Assembly: GCA_963718895.1 (NCBI GenBank)
Contig: CAVRAG010000007.1
Span: 448,001-512,000, forward strand
Source of the DNA: an uncultured Nitrososphaerota archaeon
GTDB lineage: Archaea; Thermoproteota; Nitrososphaeria; Nitrososphaerales; Gagatemarchaeaceae
DNA length: 64,000 bases
Direction: 5' to 3'
Shown: piece after piece, positions 10,226-19,511 of the stretch
Layout of the letters: each line of letters begins with the position of its first letter
How positions within the stretch are numbered: the stretch's first letter is position 1
Notes under the pieces: generated by a model
Told to the model about the DNA's origin: nothing
Databases searched by the model: none
The model's input: the letters and a program-made list of their open reading frames with translations, nothing else
Made by a program: the position numbers and the translations under genes

Positions 10226-10753
10226 TCACGCGGGGCCCGGATGCTCTACGGCGGCGGGCTCCAAAGTCTCCTTGACCAGGATCACCTCTCCCGGGACGAC
10301 CCACATGCTCCTGTACATCGACAGCGCCTTGAACGCGCCGTACCTCTTCGAGACCTGGCCGAAGTCGGTCCTCCTGAAACCCTGGCCTTTGAAGAGGGCG
10401 TTCGACTCCACGTTGTGCTCCCCCACAGACGCATACACCTCGACTGCCCGAGCTCGGGCGAAGAACTCGATCGAGTCCTTCACGAGTCGGCCCCCGATCC
10501 CTCTCCCGCGGAAGGAGGGAACGACGGCGATGTAGTAGACGTAGCCCGCCTCTTCTCCTAGTAGTTTTAGCATCGCAAGACCGATCGTCTCGTCGCCGAG
10601 CCGGGCGACCCTGACCGATTCCACCTCCTCCAGAATCCGCTTCGCATGCCTAAGGTAGATACCCGTGAAGCTCTTCTCCAGCACCTGGACGAGCGAGTCT
10701 CTCTCCTCGGGCGCCGCGTCCCCGATCGCCACGTCGGCCGCCTCGGAAGTCAA
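10226..10753 (-). CDS. GNAT family N-acetyltransferase
   Basis: YIAVVPSFRGRGIGGRL acetyl-CoA motif; N..S..LF..QGF. Confidence 0.88.
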   Translation of the reverse strand: MTSEAADVAIGDAAPEERDSLVQVLEKSFTGIYLRHAKRILEEVESVRVARLGDETIGLAMLKLLGEEAGYVYYIAVVPSFRGRGIGGRLVKDSIEFFARARAVEVYASVGEHNVESNALFKGQGFRRTDFGQVSKRYGAFKALSMYRSMWVVPGEVILVKETLEPAAVEHPGPA

Positions 10754-11619
10754 AGTCGGAACACCCTGGTCGCGTTCTTCCAGAGGATCCTCTCAACATC
10801 TCCGGCATCGATCCGGAGTTTCGCAACCAGCTCGAGCGCCAGCGAAGGAGTCGATACAGGATAATCCGTCCCGAAGATGACCTTCTCGGCCCCTCCTGCG
10901 TAGTAGATGGCCCGCGTGACCTGCTCGGCCACAGAGTCGAGATAACCCGGCAGGTACTTGCTGCCTCCCACGATTAGGCCGGAGATATCCGCGCAGACGT
11001 TCGGATGCTTGTAGATCAGCTCGCCGACGTCCGAGATCCATGGGTTGCCGAAATGGCACGCGACCACGATCAACCCGGATCGTCCGTTCGCAAGACGGTC
11101 AAGCGTCAAGGGGCGGGAGTGCTCTAGGCTGCCGGTCGCGCTCGCCGTGTCACCGGTGTGGAACATCACGGGCAGGCTCTCCGACTCCGCGTAATCGTAG
11201 AGGCCGTCATAGACGGGGTCGTCAGCGTAGACCTCCAGGTATCCGAGCCGGATCTTGAACCCCTTCACTTCGGCGCGGTTCCGCTTGGCGAGGTCCACCG
11301 CGCTGGCCACGTCGGAGGAAGTAGGCTCGACGGTGAGGATGGGAGAGAGCAGGCCGTCGCTCCTCCTGCAGAGGTCCAGGACCCTCTCGTTGGGGAGCGG
11401 CGCCCCGCCCTCGATTGGGGGGCTCAGCAATAGTCCCCGTGTGATGCCGTGCTCGCGCATGAGAGAGAGCGCCTCGTCGAGGTTGTACTTCAGGCCGTTC
11501 AGCGAGGCGTACGGGATGAGCTCGTCGCGCGGATGCTCGGAGAGGTGCAGGTGAGCGTCGATAATCCGGGACAATCTAGACGGCTGCCGCTGGTTTTGGG
11601 ATAAACCTTTGCCTGTCAA
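10750..11619 (-). CDS. Amidohydrolase_2 family metal-dependent hydrolase
   Basis: IDAHLH, PVMFHTG, VACHFGNPW, IFGTDYP. Confidence 0.9.
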   Translation of the reverse strand: MTGKGLSQNQRQPSRLSRIIDAHLHLSEHPRDELIPYASLNGLKYNLDEALSLMREHGITRGLLLSPPIEGGAPLPNERVLDLCRRSDGLLSPILTVEPTSSDVASAVDLAKRNRAEVKGFKIRLGYLEVYADDPVYDGLYDYAESESLPVMFHTGDTASATGSLEHSRPLTLDRLANGRSGLIVVACHFGNPWISDVGELIYKHPNVCADISGLIVGGSKYLPGYLDSVAEQVTRAIYYAGGAEKVIFGTDYPVSTPSLALELVAKLRIDAGDVERILWKNATRVFRL

Positions 11620-12720
11620 CCCTGGACGGGGGTCGGACCCGCCCGAGTAGAGACGTGGTACCTGTTCCAGAGCATCCTGAAGAAGAGGGCCATCACTAGG
11701 TCGCCCAGCAGCGCGACTGGGACGGTTATCGTTGCGATGAGTCCGATCGCCGCTATTGGCATGATCAGGCCGAAGGAGAGGGCAATGACCTGGGGTTGGT
11801 TATCGGACGATCCGGCTACCCTGAGGACGTAGACCAGGAAGAGCCCCTGGGCGAAGATCACCAGAAGGAGGACGACGAGGGCGGGCGCGCCTACCCCCAT
11901 CCCGAATGAATCGACGAGGAGGGCGACCGGATAGAAGAGAATCCCGAGGACGGCCATCCTCCTGGGGGAGACCTTCGGCGCGCGGGTCGCCGCCAGCGGC
12001 ATATTCGGTGCTCTCCGGGCAAGCCAGACTAGGAAGGCGATGGCGACGAGGCTCATGAGGAATATGGGGTCGTCCATCCAGAAGTGCTCGCCGAAGAAGA
12101 CGACCAGGGAGAGGGACGTGACGTCTGCGACGAGAATCGCGAAGACCAGCGTGATCCTCCTCCGGGAGAGCAGGCTCCTACCTCGGGTGGAAGGGAGAGC
12201 CAGGCCGAGGAGGAGAATCGGGATTGAGATGCTGAATATCATGTGCACGGGTATGATGGTGGCCGACCAAATCCAGCTGACGCCCTCCCAGTGGCCGAAG
12301 TATCCGAGCTGCCCGACAGGGCCCGCCTTCGAATAGAAGAGGGTGCTGAGCGCGACCCCCTCCTCGAGAATCCCATAGGCCGCCCCTAGGAGGAGCACCG
12401 AGGCCCATCCCTTGTTCCACCTTATCATGGCCTCGCGGATGAGGAGGACGCCCGGGCCGTAGAGTCCCAGGTTCGCCGCGAGCTGGAAGATGAACTGGGG
12501 AGGGTTCAGTGCTATCGCATAGAGAGGGCTGGAACTCGAGAGATACTCCGGGATTCCTGGTGTAAGAAGGAGCAGGCAGAGAATCGGATGACGCTTCAGG
12601 AAGGAGAGGGCCCTTCCCAGAAGCCCTGCGCGGGCGAGCGGTACCACGTCATCGGAAGAGGTGGATGGATGAGAGCTCGGATCACCGTCGCGCGATTCCG
12701 GGGCGAGGGCTGCACCCATG
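11616..12720 (-). CDS. Multi-pass membrane protein of unknown function
   Basis: About 10 hydrophobic helices; LYGPGVLLIRE, AYGILEEG; start taken at MGAAL. Confidence 0.75.
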
Positions 12721-12903
12721 AAGAAACGGTCGGCCGCAGGTAGATGAGCATTTTCCCGGTCAGCACGGAACGAACACCTCGGGAGCGACCACGGGATATA
12801 CCTGTCTGAGTGAGACATTGATCGCGGTTCAACCCCGCGAACCACTTCCCGAGTCGGAACGCCCGACTTAATAATCCGCGACGAAAGCGGACTCGGAAGA
12901 ATC

Positions 12904-14055
12904 ATGCCAGGGCAGATCTCGGATGAATTCCCGCTGACCAGGAAACTCTCCTACCTCAACACGGCGGGAGCCGGACTGATACCGAAGTCGACGATCGAAT
13001 CCGCCCACGCCCTGTACCATCGCTACCTGACGGACATCCCGTTTCCCGACATGTTCGACGAATTTGGAGAATCCGTCGAGAGGGCGAGAGGCGTCTTTGC
13101 GGGGTGGATCGGGGCGACCGGGGAGGAGGTCTCGTTCCAGACCAACGCCTCGACGGCCCTCAACCTGGTCGTCTCTATGGTCGCTCCGAAAAAGGGGGAG
13201 AACGTCGTGGTCGACGACCTCGGGTTCCCGAGCGGGACTTTCCCATTGATGGCACTTCAGAAGAAGGGGGTGGAGGTCCGGTGGGTCAGGAACCGGAACG
13301 GCTTCATCGGGGCCGAGGATTACCTGAGAGTCACAGACCACAAGTCAAAGCTGGTCGTAGTGAGCCTCGTGTCCTGGGTCAACGGCCTCAGGGCCGAGGT
13401 CGAGGAGATAACGAAGATCGCTCACGAAAGGGGCGTGTACTCCATGGTCGACAGTACCCACGGCACGGGGTACCTGGGGATTGATGCCGATGAGTGGAAG
13501 CTGGATTTTCTCGCCACGAGCAACTACAAATGGCTCCTCTCCACTCACGGCGCTTCGGAGTTCTTCTGCGCAAGGAGGTTGCTTGAGGAGTTCGACCCGC
13601 CCATGCTCGGATGGCACTCGACCCCTGGAGGCGCGCGGGGGCTCAGCGCAGAGAATCTCGAGGTTGCGAAGACGGCGAAGAGGTTCGAGCCCGGGAACCC
13701 GGACTACATCAGCATCCTCACACTCATCAAGTCCCTCGGGTTCATGTCTCGCTTCGGGAGGCGACGGATCACTGCGCAGACGCTCAAGCTCTCGAGGAGG
13801 GTGAATGAGGGTCTGAGGAACCTGGGATTGAGGGTGCCGACCCCCGCAGACGACCGTCATCTCTCAGGTATCAGCTTCGCCTACGCCAAGAAGATGACAG
13901 GAGTGGAACTCGCCCTAAGGCTCAGGAAGGCGGGAATCATCGTCGCTCCTAGAGAGTACCAATCACACTCAGGAATCAGGGTCTCACCATACTTCTACAA
14001 CGATGAAGACGACGTAGATGCACTCCTCGATGCCACAAGGAAGATAGTCAGATGA
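12904..14055 (+). CDS. Class V PLP-dependent aminotransferase (cysteine desulfurase-like)
   Basis: YLNTAG, VDSTHG, SNYKWL (PLP lysine), IRVSPYFYN. Confidence 0.9.
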   Translation: MPGQISDEFPLTRKLSYLNTAGAGLIPKSTIESAHALYHRYLTDIPFPDMFDEFGESVERARGVFAGWIGATGEEVSFQTNASTALNLVVSMVAPKKGENVVVDDLGFPSGTFPLMALQKKGVEVRWVRNRNGFIGAEDYLRVTDHKSKLVVVSLVSWVNGLRAEVEEITKIAHERGVYSMVDSTHGTGYLGIDADEWKLDFLATSNYKWLLSTHGASEFFCARRLLEEFDPPMLGWHSTPGGARGLSAENLEVAKTAKRFEPGNPDYISILTLIKSLGFMSRFGRRRITAQTLKLSRRVNEGLRNLGLRVPTPADDRHLSGISFAYAKKMTGVELALRLRKAGIIVAPREYQSHSGIRVSPYFYNDEDDVDALLDATRKIVR

Positions 14056-14159
14056 CAGCCCGAAGCCGCCTGTAAATCTAGCTGAACGGCCGCGCAGGCG
14101 AAGGCCCGGTGCCCTAGGGCGCCACAATCAACCTTAAATCTCCTGGGCAACACCAAAGG

Positions 14160-15359
14160 GTGCGATTGGCGGACCAGCAGCTCCAGACGGAAGACTGGAT
14201 TCTCTTCTCGAGCACCGTCCTGGGCACCCTGGGGATGGTGGCGACCAGCAACCCGATGTACTACTTCTATGGGCTGACGGTCGGCGCGTCGAGCAAGGCC
14301 CTCCTCTCGCTCGGTCCAAACTGGAGGAGTTGGGAGGACTGGCTCCTCTTCGCCGGAGCGTTCTCAGGTTCCATTGGGTCCTCCCTGAGCGGGAACAACG
14401 AGTACATGCTGTACGGGCTCATCCTGGGGGCCATAGGCAAGTCGCTGCCGTCGCTCGCACAGTACCACAACAGCCTCGAGGACTGGCTGCTGTTCCTGAT
14501 ACCTCTGCTGACCGGCATCGGATCTGCGCTGACCTCTCAGCAGGGCCTCGCGATGGTAGGTCTCTTCTTCGGGATGATCGGCAAGTCGCTGGCCAGCTTC
14601 AACCCGGCCGCCGACGGCGGGCCGCAGCCGCCCCCTGTCCCTTCAGCCGGTCCGACTCCCCAGCCTTCGGGCTTCGCCGGGAACCGTAACTATATCTTCT
14701 GGAACCAGTGCGTGCCGCTGGTCAACCCCTCGGTCACGTTCACGGCAGCGACCGACATGAGGGCGAGCGGAAACTGGGACCTGCAGGTGAACGCCTACGC
14801 TCCGTCCGGGGCCGACGCATACATGCAGTTCGTCATCGCCGTCACCTCATCCGGGGAGGTTCAGTGGTCCATCGAGAACTGGCCGCTATCAGGCAACAAC
14901 CTGTTCAATACTTGCGACCAGCCTCTGTACAAGCTGCCCTCCGGTTTTCTGCCCAAGGGGTACTCGATCGGGGTGAAGATGAGCACAGACCCGAACACTG
15001 GCAACGTCACCTCTCTGGAATTCAGCGTCAGCGACGGGACCGGCGCCCAGGTCGCGCGCGTCACGGTCCCGCTCAACTCGAAGCTCCCCCTCTGCAGCGG
15101 CAGCTGGAACGACTCCTATCTCTCACAGGTGATAGGCTTCGAGCCCAACATAGTCGGCTACAACGGCGGGGTGGCGGTGGCCTTCTCCTCCGGGAGTCTC
15201 GGTAGCCTGGCTTGCGCAGCTGACTCGATCGCCCCCAGTTCCTCGATTCCAGCGTGCGCCGAGACGAATGCTGGTACAGTGGAGGACTCGAACCTCCAGT
15301 ATTCGGTCGCCGTTCAGGTCTCTCGCTCTCTGGTCACAGTGAGCAGTTTCGTCCCGTGA
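14160..15359 (+). CDS. Membrane protein with three 48-aa hydrophobic repeats, Pro-rich linker and probable extracellular beta-rich domain
   Basis: EDW.LF repeats at 14190, 14334, 14478; PQPPPVPSAGPTPQP linker. Confidence 0.75.
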   Translation: MRLADQQLQTEDWILFSSTVLGTLGMVATSNPMYYFYGLTVGASSKALLSLGPNWRSWEDWLLFAGAFSGSIGSSLSGNNEYMLYGLILGAIGKSLPSLAQYHNSLEDWLLFLIPLLTGIGSALTSQQGLAMVGLFFGMIGKSLASFNPAADGGPQPPPVPSAGPTPQPSGFAGNRNYIFWNQCVPLVNPSVTFTAATDMRASGNWDLQVNAYAPSGADAYMQFVIAVTSSGEVQWSIENWPLSGNNLFNTCDQPLYKLPSGFLPKGYSIGVKMSTDPNTGNVTSLEFSVSDGTGAQVARVTVPLNSKLPLCSGSWNDSYLSQVIGFEPNIVGYNGGVAVAFSSGSLGSLACAADSIAPSSSIPACAETNAGTVEDSNLQYSVAVQVSRSLVTVSSFVP

Positions 15360-15383
15360 ATGGGGCACTCTGATAGTAGGAAG

Positions 15384-15401
15384 GCGCCGGGAGTGGGATT
15401 T
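15384..15401 (-). repeat. att core: 18-bp duplicate of the tRNA-Ser 3' end
   Basis: gcgccgggagtgggattt identical to 35273-35290. Confidence 0.92.
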
Positions 15402-15403
15402 TA

Positions 15404-15446
15404 GCGTCTAATTAGACGCCCGAACACAGGATTTCTTGACGTTTCC
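15404..15446. repeat. Left imperfect terminal inverted repeat (pairs with 35234-35276), including a 16-bp perfect palindrome
   Basis: Reverse complement ggaaacgtcaagaaatcctgtgttcgggcgtctaattagacgc vs ggaaacgtataaaaatgtggtgtttgagcgtatagataagcgc, 30/43 ungapped. Confidence 0.7.
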
Positions 15447-15650
15447 TGGCATCCTGCACATTCTTGCCCAAGGCGTATTCGGATGGAGTCCGTTCCACTC
15501 ATTCTGACTTGCAATCTAACAAAGAGTGATTAGTAAGTAGCTCCCGTAACGGACGGCGGCACCCGCTCCGAAGACCACAAGAGATATCGAACGAAACTGG
15601 TCTGGCAACCCCAAGGAGACAGTCTGGTTTATTTCGAAGCCTATGCCCCC

Positions 15651-15968
15651 GTGTTGGTAGTTTGGGTTGTAGATGACAGGGACGAAAAAAGGGTGAACCC
15701 TATCGCCAGGACCAATGCCGACTTTCGCTTCCACCTCGCGGCGCCGACGGTGAGGACGTTCGAACTGGTCTATTCAGGAGGGAGGACCGACATATTGCTT
15801 TCAGCGGAGACGGTGGAGGACATGAGGAAGTATGCAGGGCTGCTCAGCTTGGTGTACGGAGGAATGAAGTTCGAGAGTGCTGAACCTCATCCTGATTTCT
15901 TGAGAGAGTTGCCTTCCACTGTGGGCCTGACTTCCCGGCGTTTTTCGAGGTTCGGACAAAAGTATTAA
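15651..15968 (+). CDS. Hypothetical protein resembling the N-terminal accessory domain of coupling-protein-like ATPases
   Basis: FELVYSGGRTDILLSAE...LVYGGMKFE pattern; frame open back to 15537; ends inside the 26-bp site. Confidence 0.5.
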   Translation: MLVVWVVDDRDEKRVNPIARTNADFRFHLAAPTVRTFELVYSGGRTDILLSAETVEDMRKYAGLLSLVYGGMKFESAEPHPDFLRELPSTVGLTSRRFSRFGQKY

Positions 15969-15975
15969 TCAGGAA
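15950..15975 (+). repeat. Repeated site, copy 1 (gttcggacaaaagtattaatcaggaa)
   Basis: 25/26 identical to the reverse complement of 20381-20406. Confidence 0.85.
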
Positions 15976-15976
15976 A

Positions 15977-16480
15977 TTGCCGCCGCGAGCTACGAATTGG
16001 TCTGACATGGTCCCCCAGCTCCAAGATCGTTGTTTGGCGGGATTCATGGACCTAGCTGAGAAGGTAAGCGGGGGGCTGTTCGTGGCTGCTTGGGTCGTCT
16101 TTGCCTTCGATATCATCGGGTACTGGTATAATGGGATCACCTTTGTGCTGCTCTTTCTGCTGAGCGGTCTCATATTCGGTTTTGACTTCTTCACCAAGAG
16201 GACGAGGCCCCAGAGGAGAAGCAAGGCCATTGCCGCCTGCATAGTCATCGGGATCTTCCTGTTCTTCTTCGGCCCCGACCTGCAAACGGGAGTGCTCCCG
16301 AACGGTCAAGACAGCGGCTTGATCTGCAACGGCAATGACACCAACTGCTCCGGCATCACTCAGCTACAATCGGTCACGGAATACCTCTGGTGCTGGGGGC
16401 CGGAGTACAACATCGCGCTGCCTCCCACAGTCGAGTTCGTGGTGACGTTCGGATGCCTGCCCAACTTCCCTGTGACATGA
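15977..16480 (+). CDS. Cargo membrane protein (3 TM) with Cys-containing C-terminal domain
   Basis: Hydrophobic helices followed by CNGNDTNC...GCLP. Confidence 0.65.
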   Translation: MPPRATNWSDMVPQLQDRCLAGFMDLAEKVSGGLFVAAWVVFAFDIIGYWYNGITFVLLFLLSGLIFGFDFFTKRTRPQRRSKAIAACIVIGIFLFFFGPDLQTGVLPNGQDSGLICNGNDTNCSGITQLQSVTEYLWCWGPEYNIALPPTVEFVVTFGCLPNFPVT

Positions 16481-16575
16481 TCAACGATGAACTCGTATGC
16501 GCCGCTTTTCTCAGTGACGGTCACCGGTCGAGAGCCGGATTTGGTCTTTGTACCCTTAGAACATTGTGACGGACA

Positions 16576-16812
16576 TCAAGATCCTTCGCAGCTCCAGACT
16601 CTTTCCGGGCGGGACGAACCCACGGACAGCGCCAGCGCCTGGCAGATGGCCTTGACCGCCATGGCAGATCTCACTGTCTCGTTGGTGACCTCGATCCAGC
16701 GGATTCCTGCCCTGTAATAGAAATCCACCTTGGAGTGGTCGTGAATTGAACTCTTTGCCCCTGATATTCCTATAACTATTCGCTTCTCTCTGCTGACCAC
16801 GAGGTCAGGCAG
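16576..16812 (-). pseudogene. Start-less duplicate of the C-terminal 78 codons of the nuclease at 18085-18603
   Basis: Ungapped, 60/78 aa identical; the IEV glutamate is replaced by Gly. Confidence 0.8.
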
Positions 16813-16832
16813 GGATGCTTGCATCCCGAGTC

Positions 16833-18026
16833 TTAAGGACTCAGGGCGAATGCCGTAGAGTTGACCATGAAGCAGTATGCGTACGGAGACCCCGTGTCGC
16901 CAGGTACACTGAACATGCAGTTGTCCCCCGATGGTTCCCCAGACTTCCCGGAGTACGGGTACCAGACCGTTATGGTGTAGCTCTTGGCGCTCCAGGGTCC
17001 CGAGGATGGGACCTGGGCGGTGCATCCAGAGGTCGAAGCGGCCTGGGCGGCGCAGTTGAAGATGAACGCCTGCGAGAACCCCGAGGCGGTACATGGGACT
17101 GGATTGTTGTTCTCCGCGCAGCCTCCTCCGTTGGCTAGGAAGCTCCCCACCTCTGGTAGGTTGTGTGACGCCACGACAGAAAAGTGCAGAATGGTCAACT
17201 GGCCCCACTCGTCGCCGGCCACCAGAGTGTAGTTCGCGGGCAGGGACGACCCGAGTGAATTGTAGCCCAATCCAGCGGTGGAGTTAGCGGCGTAGATGCT
17301 CTCCTGTACGGCCATCCTCGTTGGGAATGTTCCCTTGGCTAAGGACTCGGTGTTGTTCGCAGTGTACGTGCACACCCCCGAGTTGCACACGGGCGGCGGT
17401 TGAGCGCCCGGGACGGCGTAATAGCCGGCGTAGGTCCCGTTGTCACGTCCAGCGAGCAGGGAGTAGCTGGTGATGCTGTGCAGGGGGTAGTACTGGTTGC
17501 CGACCGAGACGCCGTCGGAGACACATTCCACAAGGGCCCACACCGAAAGCGGCTTCCCTGCACTGGAGAGGTTGTTCAGCCCATACGTCCCCCTGAAGAC
17601 GCCTATGCCGACCGGAAAGAATAGCTTGTTGGTACTGTTGCCAAGGTCGCACGGTCCAGCGCTCAAGCCACCGATCGCCCAGGCGTTGGACGCGGTCAAG
17701 TTGTTCGCAGTGGGTAGGGTGTTCAGGACCGAGGTGGTGATGTGGATGGCGTCCTGGCTGGGTATCATCGTCGAATTGACCGACAACGTGAGTTTCAGGC
17801 CCAAAGATGACGAATTGGTGGTTACGGTCGCTGATCCGGGTCCAGTGTAGCTTGTTGTCTCGGTGCCTTGTGAGGACGACGCGAGGGAAACAGCCGAAGA
17901 GGAGCTACTGCTCTTGGATGCGCTCGGCGAAGAAAACGTAACGAAGGCGAGCGTCCCTGTGGCGACGACGATTATCACTGCGACGACGATAACGGTCGTA
18001 CCTATTGCTTCCCTTGCACGCCTCAA
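16833..18026 (-). CDS. Cargo: membrane-anchored Ser/Thr-rich surface protein (paralog of 19512-20339)
   Basis: N-terminal hydrophobic anchor, Ser linker, NNLTASNAW, PVGIG, YTLVAGDEWG, many N-x-S/T sequons and Cys. Confidence 0.8.
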   Translation of the reverse strand: MRRAREAIGTTVIVVAVIIVVATGTLAFVTFSSPSASKSSSSSSAVSLASSSQGTETTSYTGPGSATVTTNSSSLGLKLTLSVNSTMIPSQDAIHITTSVLNTLPTANNLTASNAWAIGGLSAGPCDLGNSTNKLFFPVGIGVFRGTYGLNNLSSAGKPLSVWALVECVSDGVSVGNQYYPLHSITSYSLLAGRDNGTYAGYYAVPGAQPPPVCNSGVCTYTANNTESLAKGTFPTRMAVQESIYAANSTAGLGYNSLGSSLPANYTLVAGDEWGQLTILHFSVVASHNLPEVGSFLANGGGCAENNNPVPCTASGFSQAFIFNCAAQAASTSGCTAQVPSSGPWSAKSYTITVWYPYSGKSGEPSGDNCMFSVPGDTGSPYAYCFMVNSTAFALSP

Positions 18027-18055
18027 GCCGATTCTTTGGTTAGGACCCCAGCGTT

Positions 18056-18078
18056 TGATTAATAGTTATGTCCGAACG
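18056..18078 (-). repeat. Repeated site, copy 2 (cgttcggacataactattaatca)
   Basis: 22/23 identical to 20385-20407; starts a few nt after the nuclease stop and precedes the cargo gene. Confidence 0.85.
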
Positions 18079-18084
18079 ATACCG

Positions 18085-18603
18085 TCAAGCCTCTTCGCAG
18101 CTCCAGATTCTTTCCAGACGGGACGAACCGACAGACAATGCGAGCGCCTGGCAGATGGATTTGACCGCCTCGGCTGATTTCACTGTATCGTTAGTGACCT
18201 CAATCCAGCGGATGTCGTGCTTGTAATAGAAATCCACCTTGGAGCGGACGTGAATCGAGCTCTTCGTACCTGATACTTCTATTACGACACGCCTCTCGCG
18301 GCTCACCACAAGGTCAGGAAGATACACTCTCGGGAGAGCATCGCCGCCACAGCTTTCGCAAGCGACTGAAGGTAGAGTGTCGTGAGGACCTATGATTGGA
18401 GCATCGGTGCGTTCGACGGAGAACTCACGCCCGCATTTGGAGCACTTCATTGAAGACCAGTCCACTATCCTGCAGTCGCGCTCCGCCGCTATGCCGTACC
18501 AGTTGAGGGAGGCGAGGAACGAGGCTTCGGAGTCGGTCTGCGAGACCCTGAATTCTGAGCGATTCCTTGAGAATCTGTTGCTCGTCGGAGGAGATGTGGT
18601 CAT
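18085..18603 (-). CDS. Putative PD-(D/E)XK (DUF559/Vsr-like) nuclease with CxxC..CxxC zinc ribbon
   Basis: CSKC, CESC, YLPDLVV, VIEVSG, SIH; ATG overlaps the HNH stop (ATGA). Confidence 0.65.
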   Translation of the reverse strand: MTTSPPTSNRFSRNRSEFRVSQTDSEASFLASLNWYGIAAERDCRIVDWSSMKCSKCGREFSVERTDAPIIGPHDTLPSVACESCGGDALPRVYLPDLVVSRERRVVIEVSGTKSSIHVRSKVDFYYKHDIRWIEVTNDTVKSAEAVKSICQALALSVGSSRLERIWSCEEA

Positions 18604-19235
18604 TTGATTTGGACGATCTCCAACGCATTCTTTTTGTGGGGACAGCCGTGATAGTGAGACTTGGCAAAATTGCAGTTGTGGCACAACACTTGGAAGCCTT
18701 CGGGGTACCCGTGGAGCTTGAGCCATTGCTCTATTGTGCCCTTGAAGGTCTTACGATGCTTACAGCCATCATTGTAGATATGGTCAATGGCAAGAAACTC
18801 AATGGTTCCTTCCCCGCAACAGGAACAATGAGGTGGATCTCCACCATAGTGAAGCATGGCAGCGGTTCGAATTTTATGACGGCTCCTCTTAGCGAACTCG
18901 CGTCGCATTTCGGGACGTCGCGAGAAGTACTGCTCTCTCCCGTAGAGGTTCTTGTGAGCGTTAGAACAGTATTTTCTTGTTGGCCAAGTTGAAATGAATG
19001 CGACGCCGCAATACTTGCAAACACATGATCTGGTCCACGACTTCCTAGGACCTTGGATTACTCCGGCGACGCGCAAACTATGTAACTTGTTCTTGATTGA
19101 AAGTTGGTTTCGACCCACCAATCTGGCCGTTTCGTCTAGTGTTGCCGTCTTGTAGCAACCCAGCAGAATTTGGACTTGTTCGTCGGTCCAATAGTATGGG
19201 TAAGAGTGGATTTCGCTGAATCGCGCCGATGTCAT
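18600..19235 (-). CDS. HNH endonuclease with N-terminal HTH-like and zinc-finger modules
   Basis: WTDEQVQIL, CKYC..RKYCS, CSCCGE..LAIDHIYNDG..FQVLCHNCN; lower GC. Confidence 0.8.
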   Translation of the reverse strand: MTSARFSEIHSYPYYWTDEQVQILLGCYKTATLDETARLVGRNQLSIKNKLHSLRVAGVIQGPRKSWTRSCVCKYCGVAFISTWPTRKYCSNAHKNLYGREQYFSRRPEMRREFAKRSRHKIRTAAMLHYGGDPPHCSCCGEGTIEFLAIDHIYNDGCKHRKTFKGTIEQWLKLHGYPEGFQVLCHNCNFAKSHYHGCPHKKNALEIVQIK

Positions 19236-19238
19236 GAG

Positions 19239-19481
19239 TCACTGTGCTCCCGTCTGCTGAATCTCTCCGGGTTGCTCGGACTTGTGGTCGTTCGACTCCT
19301 CCCCTGTTTCTATTACATCCGCCTTCTCGGGTAGCTGCACGATCCCGAGATACCTCGTAACTACACGCCCGTCGACCCTGTAGACCTCCTGAGCGAAGGC
19401 GTAGGGGCCGGTCCTAGCCGCCTTTGGATAGATCCTGCCGTTGATCCGCTTCCTGTAGAAGACTGTGGCGCACAAATCCAC
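19239..19481 (-). CDS. Small basic protein, putative DNA-binding (DUF6788-like pattern)
   Basis: GPYAFAQEVYRVDGRVVTRYLG. Confidence 0.6.
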   Translation of the reverse strand: MDLCATVFYRKRINGRIYPKAARTGPYAFAQEVYRVDGRVVTRYLGIVQLPEKADVIETGEESNDHKSEQPGEIQQTGAQ

Positions 19482-19511
19482 CGCTATGCTGCGAGGGCAA
19501 TTAAGCCCCCA

